DNA of 64,000 bases. Origin: the human T2T-CHM13v2.0 reference genome, Homo sapiens. The DNA lies in NCBI RefSeq assembly GCF_009914755.1, contig NC_060932.1. The stretch is one strand, 5' to 3'. The position numbers and the translations under genes were made by a program. The notes beneath the pieces were generated by a model. The model was not told where the DNA came from. It saw only the letters and a program-made list of their open reading frames with translations, and searched no databases. Below, piece after piece: positions 46,244 to 62,690 of the stretch. Numbering within the stretch: the stretch's first letter is position 1; each line of letters begins with the position of its first letter.

Positions 46244-46435
46244 TAAAAAAATTGATAAAATTAAACTTCAGCAAAATTAGCACTTCATTGCTTTAAATGA
46301 TAACATTACATAAATAAAAAGGTAACTAGAGAATGAGAAAAATTATTTATAATATGTACAGCTGAAAAAGAACTGTATCTAGAATACATTAAGAACTCTT
46401 ACAATTCAATTAAAAGGTGACCAACCCAATAGTCT

Positions 46436-48720
46436 AGTTTTCTGCTGTGGTATCTCTGCCAGATTTTGGTGTTAGGCTGATACTGACCTCGTAGAATGAC
46501 TTACAGAGGAGGCCTTCCTTCTCATTTTTTTAAAAATAGTTTCAGTAGGATTGATAACAGTTCTTCTATGTATATCTGGTAGAATTCTGCTGTGAATCTA
46601 TGTGGTCCAGGTCTTTTTTTGTTTGTTTTTTGTTTGTTTGTTCGGCTTGGTTTGGTTTGGTTTGATTGTTAGAATTTTTATGACTGATTCATTTTCAGAG
46701 CTTGATATTGATCAATTCAGGGTGTCAATGTCTTTCCAGTTCAATATTGGGAGATTGTGTGTTTCCAGGGATGTATCCACTTCCTCTAGATTTTCTAATT
46801 TCTGTGCACAGAGCTGTCAAATAGTATTTTCTAAGAATCTTTTGTACATCTTCGGGATCAGTTGTAATGTCATCCTTGTCATTTCTGATTGTACTTACTT
46901 GGATCTTCTCTTTTTTTCTTTGCTAATCTAGCTACCAGTCTATCATCTTATTAATTTCTTCAAATAACCAACTATCGATTTAATCAATATTTGTGTGGAT
47001 TTCTGCATGTCAATTTCATTCAGTTCTTCTCTAATTTTAGTTATTTCTTTTCTTCTGCTGGCTTTGGGGTTGGTTTGTTCTTTGTTTTCCAGGTCCTTTA
47101 GGTGCAAAATTGGATTGTTAATTTGAGATCTTTCTAACTTCTTGATGAAGGTATTTAGTGCTGTAAACTTTCCTCTTAACACTGCTTTAGTTGCATCCCA
47201 GGGATTTTGTTGTGTCCTTGTTTTTATTAATTTAAAATGTTTTTAAATTTCTGTCTTAATTTTGATGTTCACTCAGGAGTAATCAGGAGCACGTAGTTTA
47301 ATTTGTATGGATTTGTATGGCTTTGAAAAATCTTTGTGGTATTGATTAAGAGTGTTCTTGGTATGATTTTAATTTTTTTGAATTTATCGAAACTTGCTTC
47401 ATGAGACAACATGTGGTTGATCTTAGAATATGTTCCATCTGCATATGAGAAAAATATATATGCTGTGGTTGTTAGCTGGGATGTTGTGTAGATGTCTATT
47501 AGGTCCAATTAATCAACTATTGAGTTTCAGTCCAGAGTTTCTTTGTTAGTTTTCTGCTTCAATGATCTGTCTCATGCTCAATGGGATATTGAATTCTCCC
47601 ACTATTATTGTGTAGCTGTCTAAGTCTTTTCATATGCCAAGAGGAACTTGTTTTGTGAATCTAAAAAATTGACAAGTGGGACCTAATTAAACTAAAGAGC
47701 TTCTGCACAGCAAAAGAAACTATCAATAGAGTTAAGAAACTACCTATAAAATTGGAGAAAATATTTGCAAACTATGTATCTGAGAAAGGTCTAATATCCA
47801 TAATCCATAAGGAACTTAAACAAGCAAAAAACAACCCCATTTAAAAAATGGGCAAAGGGCATGAACAGACAATTCTCAAAGATGATAACATACAAGTGGC
47901 CAACAAACATGAAAAAATAATCATCATCACTAATTATCAGAGCCATTCAAATCAAAACCAAGATTAGATAGCATCTCACACCAGTCAAAATGGCTATTAT
48001 TAAATAGTAAAAAAACAACAGATGCTGGTGAGGCTGTGAGAAAAGGGAATGCTTATACACTGTTGGTGGGAATGTAAATTAGTTCAACCACTGTGGAAAG
48101 CAGTTTGGAGATTTCTCAAGGAACTTAGAATCACCATTTGACTCAGCAATCTCAATACTAGGTATATGCCTAAAGGAAAATAGATCATACCAAAAAGACA
48201 CATGTACTCATATGTTCATTACCATGCTATTCACAATAGCAAAGTCATGGAATCAACCTAGGTGCCCATCAATGGCATATTGGATAAAGAAAATCTGGTA
48301 CATTAACACCATGGCATACTAAACAGCCATAAAAACCTTTGGCCAAGCATTTAATTTAAGCGGTCAAGTGTCAAGTTTAAGTCCATAGTTCCTTTGTTAG
48401 TTTTCTGACACATTATATCCTTTGCAGCAACATGGATGGAGCTAGAGGCCATAGTCCTAAGTGAATTAACACAAAAACAGAAAACTAAATACTACATGTT
48501 CTCACTTATAAGTGGGAGCTAAACATTAAGTAGTCATAGACATAAACATAGTAACAATAGACACTGGGGACAACTAGAGGGGGGAGGTAGAGAGGAGAAA
48601 ATGGGTTGAAAAACTACCTACTAGGTACTATGTTCACTAATGGATGCAATATACCCATGTAACAAATCTGCACATGTACCCCCTGAATCTAAAATAAAAG
48701 TTGAATTAAAACAATAAGAA
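46436..48720 (+). mobile_element. 5'-inverted LINE-1 (L1PREC2/L1PA16-17-like): antisense 46436-47662, sense 47663-48720
   Basis: Antisense EN/linker (MDLIDIY..., RGKFTALN...) joined to sense aaaaattgacaagtgggacc; 3' end ccccctgaatctaaaataaaagttgaa. Confidence 0.85.
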
Positions 48721-49479
48721 ATAAAAATAGAAGTCTGGAAATAATTTGAATAAAATCTTTACCAAAGACGACATATAAATGGCCAATAAATATATAAAAG
48801 ATTCTTAACAGCATTAGTCATCAGAGAATTGCAAAGTACATCTCCAAGAACACATACCCAATCATGCATATATATTAAATAGATAATTCCAGGTGTTGAT
48901 GAGTTGGGGAGCAACTGGACTCTCATATATTGCCGGTTGGAGTATTAAAGATATTAAAACCACTCTGGAAAACAGTTCGGCAACTCCTAGTAAAGATAAA
49001 CATATACTTACCATAATACCCAGCAATTCCACTTTAAGTATTTACCTAAAGGAAAGAGCATATGTCCATAAAAGGATTTGTACAGAATGTTCATGGCAAG
49101 TAACTAATGACACACACAATAACATGAATGGATTCCACAGACATTATTCTGAACCACCCCCACAGAAAGAGAGAAACAAAAGAATATATACTGTACAATT
49201 GTGTACTATATGTTTCTCTATTTATATGAAGTCCTAAAACTGGTAAAACTACTATACGCTAATAAAAATTAGATTAGTGGTTATTTGTTGTGAGAGTTTA
49301 GGGTGGCAAGATTGAATACAAACTTTTGGAGGTGGAAAAATTCTTTATCTTCTTTAGGGTAGTGGTTACCAGGGCATATACATTTTAAAACGTGTGAATT
49401 TCAATGCTGAAAAGTGTCCTTCAATAACGTTTATTAAGCAAATCTATTATAGGATGCCAGTTAAGATGTGGCATCCTGA

Positions 49480-49778
<299 letters not shown>

Positions 49779-50276
49779 AATGTCCTAAATTCTATTTTCT
49801 TATATGCAAAGATTAGCCTAGAAAACTAGTATAAACACAAATCTAAAACCAGAAATATGGCAGGGATTTCTGCAGTAACAATGAAAAACCAAGGCAGAAC
49901 TGATTAGGAGGCTTACTCCTATAATCTAGGGTACACATAATAGTAATCCCTACTAAAGGTGAGCTCTCGGATAAATAAACAAATACATATAAACTCATTC
50001 AGGGTAAATAGTATCAAAACAAAACATAATAACAACCAACCATAAAGAGGTATGAAATAAGTTTATTTACAGGACTTAAAGAGATAAAGAAGCAAAATAT
50101 CTAATAAAAGAGGATCCCGTGCTTTAAAAAATGACATATTTGTAAAAGAAACTAGTATAAATTCTAGAAAGAAAAATTTATAGCCAATGTAAACAAAACT
50201 TGGTGAATGAATTCAGTTATAGTTTAGACATCTATGAAAAGAAAATTAGTGAAGTAGAAGAGTATAGAAATCATCA

Positions 50277-50640
<364 letters not shown>

Positions 50641-50741
50641 AAAGAAAGACAATAACTTAGGAAATATTATAGCATTATTAAAATAAGAAAGTTAATTATT
50701 CATCCAAAAGGGGTTCTATGAGGAACAAATACAAAGAATAC

Positions 50742-51297
50742 AGTGGCGAATCAATTGTACTAATTGCCCCAATTCTCCCTGTATCTAGACTCCACATTTG
50801 ACTTTGCTACTCCTTTCATAAAGGGGTTGAATATATTTTCCTATGTCTTGTTTCTGAGTTAAGCCATGTGGTTTAATTTAACCAATGGGTTTAGCAGATG
50901 TGACACAAGCAAAGACTGGAAAAGAAGGCTTACACTTTGTTTATCTCCTGTGGGCTCTGTGATGGACAGATGAATGAGCCAAGCCAGCCTACTGGGAAAT
51001 GAGGGATGTATGACACAAAGCCAAGTCACCCATCATCCCAAGGTCATCCTACATTATCTGGCAGAATGCTGACTCCTGGACATGTGAGTAAACCTAGCAG
51101 AGATACAGAAAGATACCAAGACAACCCACAGCTGATCACAAATGCCCCAGTGGCCCAGCCCAAATAAGTCAAGCTCAGCCCCAACCAGATGAACCTCACA
51201 GCTCATGATCTAAATAAAAATGTTTATTGTGGTATGCCACACATGCTTTGTCATCGTTCATTATGAAATATTTCTGTGACAATGAAGAGCTTATGTA
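50742..51297 (+). mobile_element. MLT1 (G/H-like) LTR
   Basis: gactttgctactcctttcataaagggg...ttagcagatgtgacacaagcaaagact...aataaaaatgtttattgtggtatgccac. Confidence 0.7.
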
Positions 51298-51610
51298 AGA
51301 AGTGATACTCAAAGAATGGTGAGAATTTTCCAGAATTAAAGAGGACACAGCATGTGAAAAATGTGACATCATGGCAAATTCAGAACCTGCAAATGTTCAG
51401 TAGCTTGGATTACTGGTAGGATGCCTGAAGATATCTCAAAAAGTGTGAATAAATTTTTAAAAATTGAATTAATATGATTTTATTATAATCTAAAATATAG
51501 TAACACAAGCCATGCAGTTTCTTTCAGGTAGGAGAATCATACCATAAAATCAAATTTTACTAGAGATGATACTCCAAAAGATTATGCAGGCATCTTTTAC
51601 CTTTTAACCA

Positions 51611-52040
51611 TGTGCTAGTTTTCTAGGGCTGTTGTGATAAAGTATCATGCTAGACACCTTTTATAAAGGCAAAAACAATTTATTGTCCATAGATCTGGAG
51701 GCTGGTTGTCCAAAATCAAGTTTTCAGCAAGACCATGCTCCCTTTGAAATCTGTAAGGGAGAATCCTTTCTTGCCTCTTCTCAGCTTTTGGTGGCTTACC
51801 AGGAATCCTTGGCCTTTCTTGACTTGAAACTACAGCACTCCAATCTCTGCCTCCATTATCACAACCTTCCCCCAACCAAGTCTCTTTTCTTCTCATAAGA
51901 ACACCAGTCATATTGGATTAGAGACCATACTATTTGAATATTACTCCATCTTAACTTGATTATATTTGCAAATACCCCATTTCTAAAGAAGGTTACATTC
52001 ATAAGTACCAGGGATTAGATTTCAGCATATCTTTTCGTGG
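51611..52040 (-). mobile_element. MLT1B/C-like LTR
   Basis: tgtgctagttttctagggctg...gggagaatcctttcttgcctcttctcagctttt...gatacaattctacccat. Confidence 0.8.
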
Positions 52041-52893
52041 GATACAATTCTACCCATTTAAAAAAAACATATTTCTAAAAGTCATGAAATGGATCCATAG
52101 TTCATCATGATTCTTACCTTGCATGTGCTATTTTAATGTCCACAAGAATTATTTAAACATTCTGTGTCAAATGTATTTACTTGAGACTGGTATATGCATA
52201 TTATTATTACATCCTGGTTCTAAAATCAAAATTTATGTATCGTTATTCCTATTAATCAACAAATATGAAACCATATTCTTTTGACTAAGTTTCCTAAAGT
52301 GTTGAAAATATATGAGATATAGCATTTTGCAGAATAGGACTAGATTATTGGGTTAAGTTTGTAAATAGAGTATAACCCTTTATATTATTGCAGTATGAAA
52401 AAGCATAATATTCCTTAAGGTGCATTTCAAAATAAAAAGTCCTTAAACTAAAAATCAATTTTTATTTTTACTACATTCTAATTGAGTTGTGTTTCTATTA
52501 TCAAGACTGGTATGTAAAAATTTTATAGGCTCTATAGCAGAATTTCTAGCACGTAGTCAGTCCACAATATATGTTAAATATTGCCTTTCCTTTCTTGTGG
52601 TCAAAAAATTTGCAAATGAATTTCTTTTTTGCTACTGGCACAGAGTGTTAAATTGAATTATAGTGGAAGTGATTTGTTCCCTTTTAGTCTTGGTCCATTA
52701 TGTAAAATGGATTTTTTTATAGCTGCTCATAGTCAAAATACTTGGTGTTTTAAGTTGTTTTCTCTTTTTTAGAAAAGCAAATATATAGAAAGCTCAGAGT
52801 TCACATTCTTACTAATGACAAGACATTTGTAGTTATTTGGAAACAAACCTTAAAATTTTTGAAATAGAAATGCACATAAGAATTCCATAAGTT

Positions 52894-53203
<310 letters not shown>

Positions 53204-54109
53204 CTATGGCAATGCCAATAGATATTCATTTGACAAGCAACCAGCATCAATTATTTTAAAGATACTTCCTGAAACGTTTCATAATACTAAAGCTCCATTG
53301 CAATGTGATACTATTAAAATAGAGAGTTTTGAGGGAAATAAACCTAAGCATTTCTCCAAAGCCAATTTTCATTAGACAGCTATTCCAGAAACACATTATA
53401 TAATATCACTAAGAGCTCTGTTTTGGGGAAAAATGCAAACAAAAAACAAAAACAGATTTGAGGAAACTGGCAGATCTTGCTGTCACTCAGATTTGCTAGC
53501 TAAAGATGATCAATTGAAAAAAGAATTGCATTTGTAAACAATCTTTTAAAGAGTAATCCCATAGGGATTTGGAAGACACTGTCATTTCTTTAAAATTAGC
53601 AGACTTTTACCAATGTTCTCCAAATGAATGACAAGTAATTAGCAGAATTTTAAATGAATCGATCTTTATACAGCATATAATCAGATTATTTATTAAATTA
53701 TTACAGCTTTCTAAGTAGGAAATAATAAAAATGAAAAACAAACTTAATGCATTGTGGGTCAAGGCAGGCCAAAGAGTGCTTATTGCTAGCAATTCCTGGC
53801 TCATTAAAGAGCATTGCTGAATTTGCCACTCTTGAAAGTTAGTCAGCACTCTGTTTTTGAGCAGCATTGGTTTCCTAATAGGTGGCATTCAGATAAGAGT
53901 TTACATCATGTTAGATACTTTTGTATTTGCCTATTTTCCAAAAATTCTATGTAGTTCTAATTCACCTGGATCTTTATTAATAGACGTTATTGAGGGGACA
54001 GAGTATCTTTGAGAATGCCATACAGGAGGAAGATATTGATCTACAAAATAGAAATTTTGCTAGAGGCTGGATTCCACTTTATATTTTAATGGGGTGTATC
54101 TGATGTTTA

Positions 54110-54464
54110 GCACCCAGTCTTTTTGGTCAATGAATATTAATTGAAAACATCTGCTAAGCCAGATGCTAAACTAGGTGCTGCAAACAGGATATTCAGTAAC
54201 AACCAGGCACATTTCCTACTTTAGAGAACTTAAAGTTATGTGGTGGCACTTATCAAATAATTTCAAAAAATGTCAACTGCAATTCTGAGAAGTGTTAAGA
54301 GAGAGAGGTACAGGGAGCTAAAAGCATGTCTCATCATAGGAACTGGCATTACTGGAGAAGACAAGAGACATTTCCCTGAGGAAGTGGCAAATTATCAGAG
54401 ATCTAAAGGATATTAAACAGGCAAGGAAGGAAGGAAGAACTTCTAGGTACGTAGAACAGCTTAT
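54110..54464. mobile_element. L2 fragment (target of the L1PA2; continues after 57216)
   Basis: ctaggtgctg...ttccctgaggaagtggca..agagatctaaaggat L2 motifs. Confidence 0.65.
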
Positions 54465-54474
54465 AAGAAGGTCA

Positions 54475-57202
<2,728 letters not shown>

Positions 57203-59559
57203 AAGAAGGTCAGGAGAAAGCGAAAACAGATGTGAATGGATGAGACAAAACCTGGAAGATGTTCCTGGGGAGGTCTTAAATGTAGGTCAGATGAATGGTA
57301 ATTAGTTAGTCAATAATAATAGAGGAGGTTCAGTTCTAATAACTAAATGGGTCTATTTCATAGAGGACTCACAGACAGGGTCCAGATCTGCCTTCTTTTT
57401 GCACCAATTTCTTCATCTATAAACTACAAGTATTCTAAACATTTCGGAAAGAGGATGTAAAAAGAAATTATATGTAGCTTAGACATTGTAAAATATTGAG
57501 AAATAAGTAAATAAAAGCACAGGCCTAACAAAAACAAATTAAGGCATCATTTTTAAATCATCTAAACAAATGGAAATACCAATCATGTTCTAGGCTGTGG
57601 GAATTTGTTATGATCCTTCCAAATGTGGCAAATCCTCCAACAACTGAGAGATATATAGTCACAACTGTGGTGTATTGGAATAGGAATAATAAAGTTGATC
57701 AGTGGAGCACAGTAGAAAGTTTAGAAGTAGACACTGGTGTTTATAGAAACATTGTAAATAAGTTAATAGACATGCTTAAAAATTCTGGGTATATTAAATA
57801 TTTAAATTTATTTATTCAACTATTCTCTTAACTAATATTTATTGAAGATCTACTGTGGCTTTTCTAGGAAACTACATTAACAATGCTTAGCTCTGTATGA
57901 TGGGATTTCTGATGATTTTTGCTTTTTTTAAAATATAGGAGAAATTACTAAAACACATTCTAAGTATAATTTGTCCCAGAAATTATGAATACTATTAGTA
58001 ATGACCTTAGTTTTCATTTTTATCCAGTCATGTGTATTTAGATCAAACAAGTATCTAGTATCAAATATGTACCATTGCCATTCACAATTTATATTTAATC
58101 CTTTATTATTTATAACATTGTTTTATAGATGTTATTTAATTGAATTTTCAAAATAGATAGCTGACAAGCAGAGGATGTATTCTCATTTCAGATATAAGAA
58201 AAATTAGACTGGGGGAAGAAAAAGCATTAAGTGAATTAAGCATTTGTAGAGTAGATGGCTCAGATCATTTATTTCCTAAGTTAATGCTTTCATATTAATT
58301 TTACATGCCAAATTAAAATAAATAGCATGGATTACAAAATAAAGCAAAAGCGAGTCATCTACTCTTCTTAAATCTTATCAAATGCTTTTAGTTTCCCTTT
58401 GAGTGAATAGCAATGCAAGTAAACAATTCCTCTTCTAGTAGGTGACCAATCATTGGTAAAGAGCACAGGTATAATAACCTCTATAGAGTACTTTGGTTAA
58501 AAATAGTGGTCTGTATTAGAATGGAAGCCTAGCCCTCATATTGCCATGTGAAGTTGCTTGTCTAGAAGAACACTTTTGACCAATCTTTGCCCTTTATCCA
58601 ATTGTCTCTAGGGGAGAAGGAATAATTTATCTGATCCGTCTTGCAGATCTCAGCCATTTCTTGGCTCTCCCTTATCAGTACTCATTTTTGGTGAGACCAT
58701 ATACTAAGGTCTCTCTCCTCAGTCTTACAGGCAAAGGTTGCTATCCCTGCAATGTCTGTCCAATTCATTGGTGAAGTATTAGAAACCCAAAGAATTCAGT
58801 CAAACCGTCTAAACTAACTTTTGCAGTAATAAATCTAGAGATTTCATCTTACCTGTTTATCTTTTAATTATATTCAAATAATGGGATACTATTGATATTA
58901 TTGAAAGGATAAAACTTGAATATCTGATGTTTTGCTCTAGGAAATTTGCTAATTGTATACAAACACTGGTAGGTGAAAAACAAAGTAACGTCTGTGAAGA
59001 TTAATTGATGAGGCCAGGATATATGACTTTAGGTTCTGAGTTTTAGCAAGCAGGACCATAAAAGTTTTCAAACATGGTTGCTTGCAACACACTATATTAC
59101 ATTTCACAGCTGGTTTATACTCTAGTCCACATGGCTTTTATTAGCCTTTGACTTTGTGAGTATGAACAATATAAGAATTTGTTTTGTTGGGTCAACTTTA
59201 TCCAAAAGCGGGTGGTTATTTTAAATGTTCAAAGCTCACTTAAATAGGACCTTAAAAATATAGGAATACAGATCTCTGTATATAGGCCAGATGAGGTAAA
59301 AGTTGCCTAGAGGAAAAAAATTCTTCTAGCATGCAAGACTCTTAGGCATTAAGCAGAAGAACATTTTGCTATTTTTCTTCTGCTTCTCAACTAGATCCAC
59401 AAATCAGGAGGCCAGATTTTAAACTCCATAGGTAAATCAATTCTGCACATACTACAACACTTGTGAGACTCTAGATTTAAGTTTTAGTGGTGGCAATGGC
59501 AGGCCATGCTAGGAAGCTCAGATTGAGCCTTTGTTCTCATCATATTTCTTTTCATGGGC

Positions 59560-61555
59560 CCACAGTGCAATAAAAAAACAAAATGGAGTGAACAAGAACA
59601 GAATCGTCATACGGTCAAAATGATCATCAAACTACACTCATCTGCAGTGCAGGCTTCTGGGGGCATCTATACACTAAACACTTGGAGCCAGCTTCTCAAG
59701 GTCCATCCACACATCTTTTCCCCACATTATCTTATCTGTAATCTTCCTATCTTGTTCTCAGCCCTGACCAACAGCTGAGTACTTTTACTCAACTGAGTGT
59801 GCATAGTTTATTTGGAAATTATCCCAGGTGGTCATTAGGACAGAGGAGGCTTTATGACAACAGTAGCCGACGTTTTCAGCTCATATCAGAATATCGAGCA
59901 GACCCATCCAAAGACCAGGCCTGGATTTCTTCCTACGTGGCTGGCTACAGGGGACCCTCATGGATAAATAGTTATTAGATGAGAGAGAGGCACTGACAGA
60001 GTTAGGTGACATAAAGGACCGATCTACTTGTTCATGTACCTGGCTGTTGTTCATCTACCTGAATCACGTGCTGTGGGTCTAGTCAGACCCAACCTCAAAT
60101 GCAGTATGATAAAGCACATGATGGGCTGCTATTATACCCACCCAACTTATGACCATGGTGGATCTGACAAATCCCGGCTCATGATAGGCAGCTCTGTTCT
60201 CAAAGCAGCTTCATGCCCAGTGATCCAGTTCTCATTTGTTACTAACTCCCAAGAGCAAAGCAGAGATGCTTTTCAAATCAAGAGCTATTTCTCTTCTGCA
60301 TAAGGTATGGCCTTACTCTGTTACCTGCTGCAGAACCCTCTCAACCTCTAGATCCCTCTCAAAACTGTCAACACTCTAAGTCACTTGATAAATGGGTTGA
60401 AGTATTCCTCAAAAAATACAAAGAATCTAACAAAAAAGTGCACTTATTTTTAGGTGGTAGAAGGTTCAAGGTGAAACAACTTGTTTTTTTCCATAGGGCA
60501 AGCTTGTCCAACTCATGGCCTGATGTGATTCAGGATGGCTTTTAAGGTGGCCCAACACAACTCGTAAACTTTCTTAAAATATTATGAGGTTTACTAGTGT
60601 GATTTTGGGTTTTTTTGTTTTTCATTTTTTGTTTTTTTTTAGCTCAACAGCTATCGTTAGTGTTAGTGTATTTCACATGTGGCCCAAGACAATACTTCTT
60701 CTTCCAATGTGACCCAGGGAAGCCAAAATATTTGACACTCCTGCCTTAGGGAGCTCCCCTAGCATGCCTCAGATCATTGGGCCCCCTAAAATCCTCACTA
60801 ATTTGACCCATCTCTGCATCATCATAGAGAATATAATCCACTCTGTGGCATCCATGCATTGCACCAGTGCATCCAGTGCATCAACGAGAGAAACATTGGG
60901 AGAGAAATAGGAATTTTTTCAATGTGGCAGCAAATTTTAAAACTTAAATAAGATTTTTTTTAATTGTAGGAAAAACAGAATGTGGAAGTTTTAAGGTCAG
61001 CAGACACTGTTGATGTCCATCCTATATTCATACACATGCTGACTTAAAGGGCCCATGTCTCAGTGCTTCTCTGCCTAAGAGCTTTATCTAGTGCTGTAAG
61101 AATGTATGTGTCCATGCACAGGGAAGCCTGGAAATGAGAGAATTTACGCCCCCAGGGGCAAATTTCAAGAAGTAAGAGGAAGGAACTGGTGGATCTTCCA
61201 CCATCAGGATCTTCTATAATCACAGCCTTCAATGAGTAAATAGTTGGCCAGCCTGAGCGTGCCATTCTCTTTCCTCAGGTTTTCCAGAGTATGTATGAAA
61301 AAGTCCTCCCCAATTCCATAATCTACAAAAAACCATGGCTCCTCTATTTTCCCATATTCTAGATATTGCCTGAATCAGTGCTTTTCCTTCCACTTGTACA
61401 TCATCCCAATCCACCAAGAAGTGAGGAGGCTTAGAAATCTTAGTATTACTGCAAGCCACCCCACTCACCCTCAAAGGATTCCTTGTCCTCTGACGGGCTC
61501 TTGATCCATTTCCAGGATTCCATGCTGGAAGTGTGCTCCCTAGGGCAACTTCTAA
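59560..61555 (-). mobile_element. ERVL-type internal remnants (LTR16-associated), interrupted
   Basis: pol/gag-like antisense relics (gaccatggtggatctgac...ctcatgataggcagctctg) adjacent to an LTR16-like LTR. Confidence 0.5.
60499..60743 (-). mobile_element. MER30 (hAT-Charlie MITE)
   Basis: caagcttgtccaac...agctatcgttagtgttagtgtat...cccagggaagccaaaatatttgacactcctg; 8-bp TSD ccataggg / ccttaggg. Confidence 0.9.
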
Positions 61556-62065
61556 TACAAACTATCTTAATTTTGGTTATCGCAAATGTAAACACCGAGA
61601 CATGAGGCCTGGGTGCACGTAGTTTATTTGGAAATTATCTCAGGAAGCATGAGGAAAGGAGTGGGAAAAAGAAACAGAGAAGGTAGAAAACCCAATACAT
61701 TTTACATTAATTAGTGGACTACCATGATGTGCAACTGAGTTTCAATCCACTGGGGACTGTCTGAGAATCCATTAAGAATCTGCCTAAGAATGTTCTCTCA
61801 AAGAATGGGAAAGCTGAAATATTTATCCACCAGTTCCTTCCTCTTACTTCCTGAAATTTACCCCTGTGAGCATTAATTCTCTCATTTCCAGGCTGCCCCG
61901 TGCATGGACACATAAATTCTTATAGCACTAGCTAAAGCTCTTAGGCAGAGAAGCACTGAGACATGGGCCGTTAAAGTCATCATGTGTGAATATAGGATGG
62001 ACATCAACAGTGTCTGCTGGCCTCAAAACGTCCACATTCTGTTTTTCTTACAATTAAAAAAATCT
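60951..62065. repeat. Inverted repeat: arms 60951-61194 and 61825-62065, 630-bp spacer
   Basis: Manual alignment: about 18 substitutions and 2 small indels over ~242 bp. Confidence 0.95.
61556..62020 (-). mobile_element. LTR16-like ERVL LTR
   Basis: gggtgcacgtagtttatttggaaattatctcaggaagca, caactgagtttcaatccactggggac, atggacatcaacagtgtctgct. Confidence 0.75.
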
Positions 62066-62149
62066 AATAATGTTCACATATTATTTCCCCACAGTTACAA
62101 TTGTACTAGGCTAAGTAGGCATTTGTTGGAACTCTGTTGTCCACATCTT

Positions 62150-62690
62150 TTCCTCAAGAACAATATCCCCCTTTCAGCTTTACATTTCTTTACACAGCAC
62201 TCAAGGCACTTCATCATCTGGCTGCAAACTACCTTTCTAGCATCCTTATTAGCTACACTCCTCCACCTACTGTACCTGACATCGTGCCCAACTACTTATA
62301 ATTTTTCTAATATTCTCAGAATCATATGTCTGTGTCCATAGTGATCCCTAAATGTGAAATACTATTGAAATCCTTATCTGCCAAGACTCAATTCAATCAT
62401 AGAGTCTTTCCCCACTGCCCCTGTCAGAATTAATTATTCATTATATTCCTATTATGACAACTCAATGTACATTCCTCTGTTGAGGGCTTATTGCACTCTA
62501 TTGTGACCAGCTTTTATAAAACAAAATAATCTTTCTTTTTATTCTATTGTATGTATTAGGTTTGCTTCTTCCTTCTCAATGAGCTATCAGGTCCCTTTTT
62601 ATATCCTTCTCCCTGTAATAGCTAGTATAATATGTTGATGATAAGAAGGACTCAATAAATCGTATATAAAGATGTGTTGAATGAATGAAA
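62150..62690. mobile_element. L2 3' fragment
   Basis: cagcactcaaggcacttcatcatctggc...gactcaataaat...tgttgaatgaatgaa. Confidence 0.7.
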
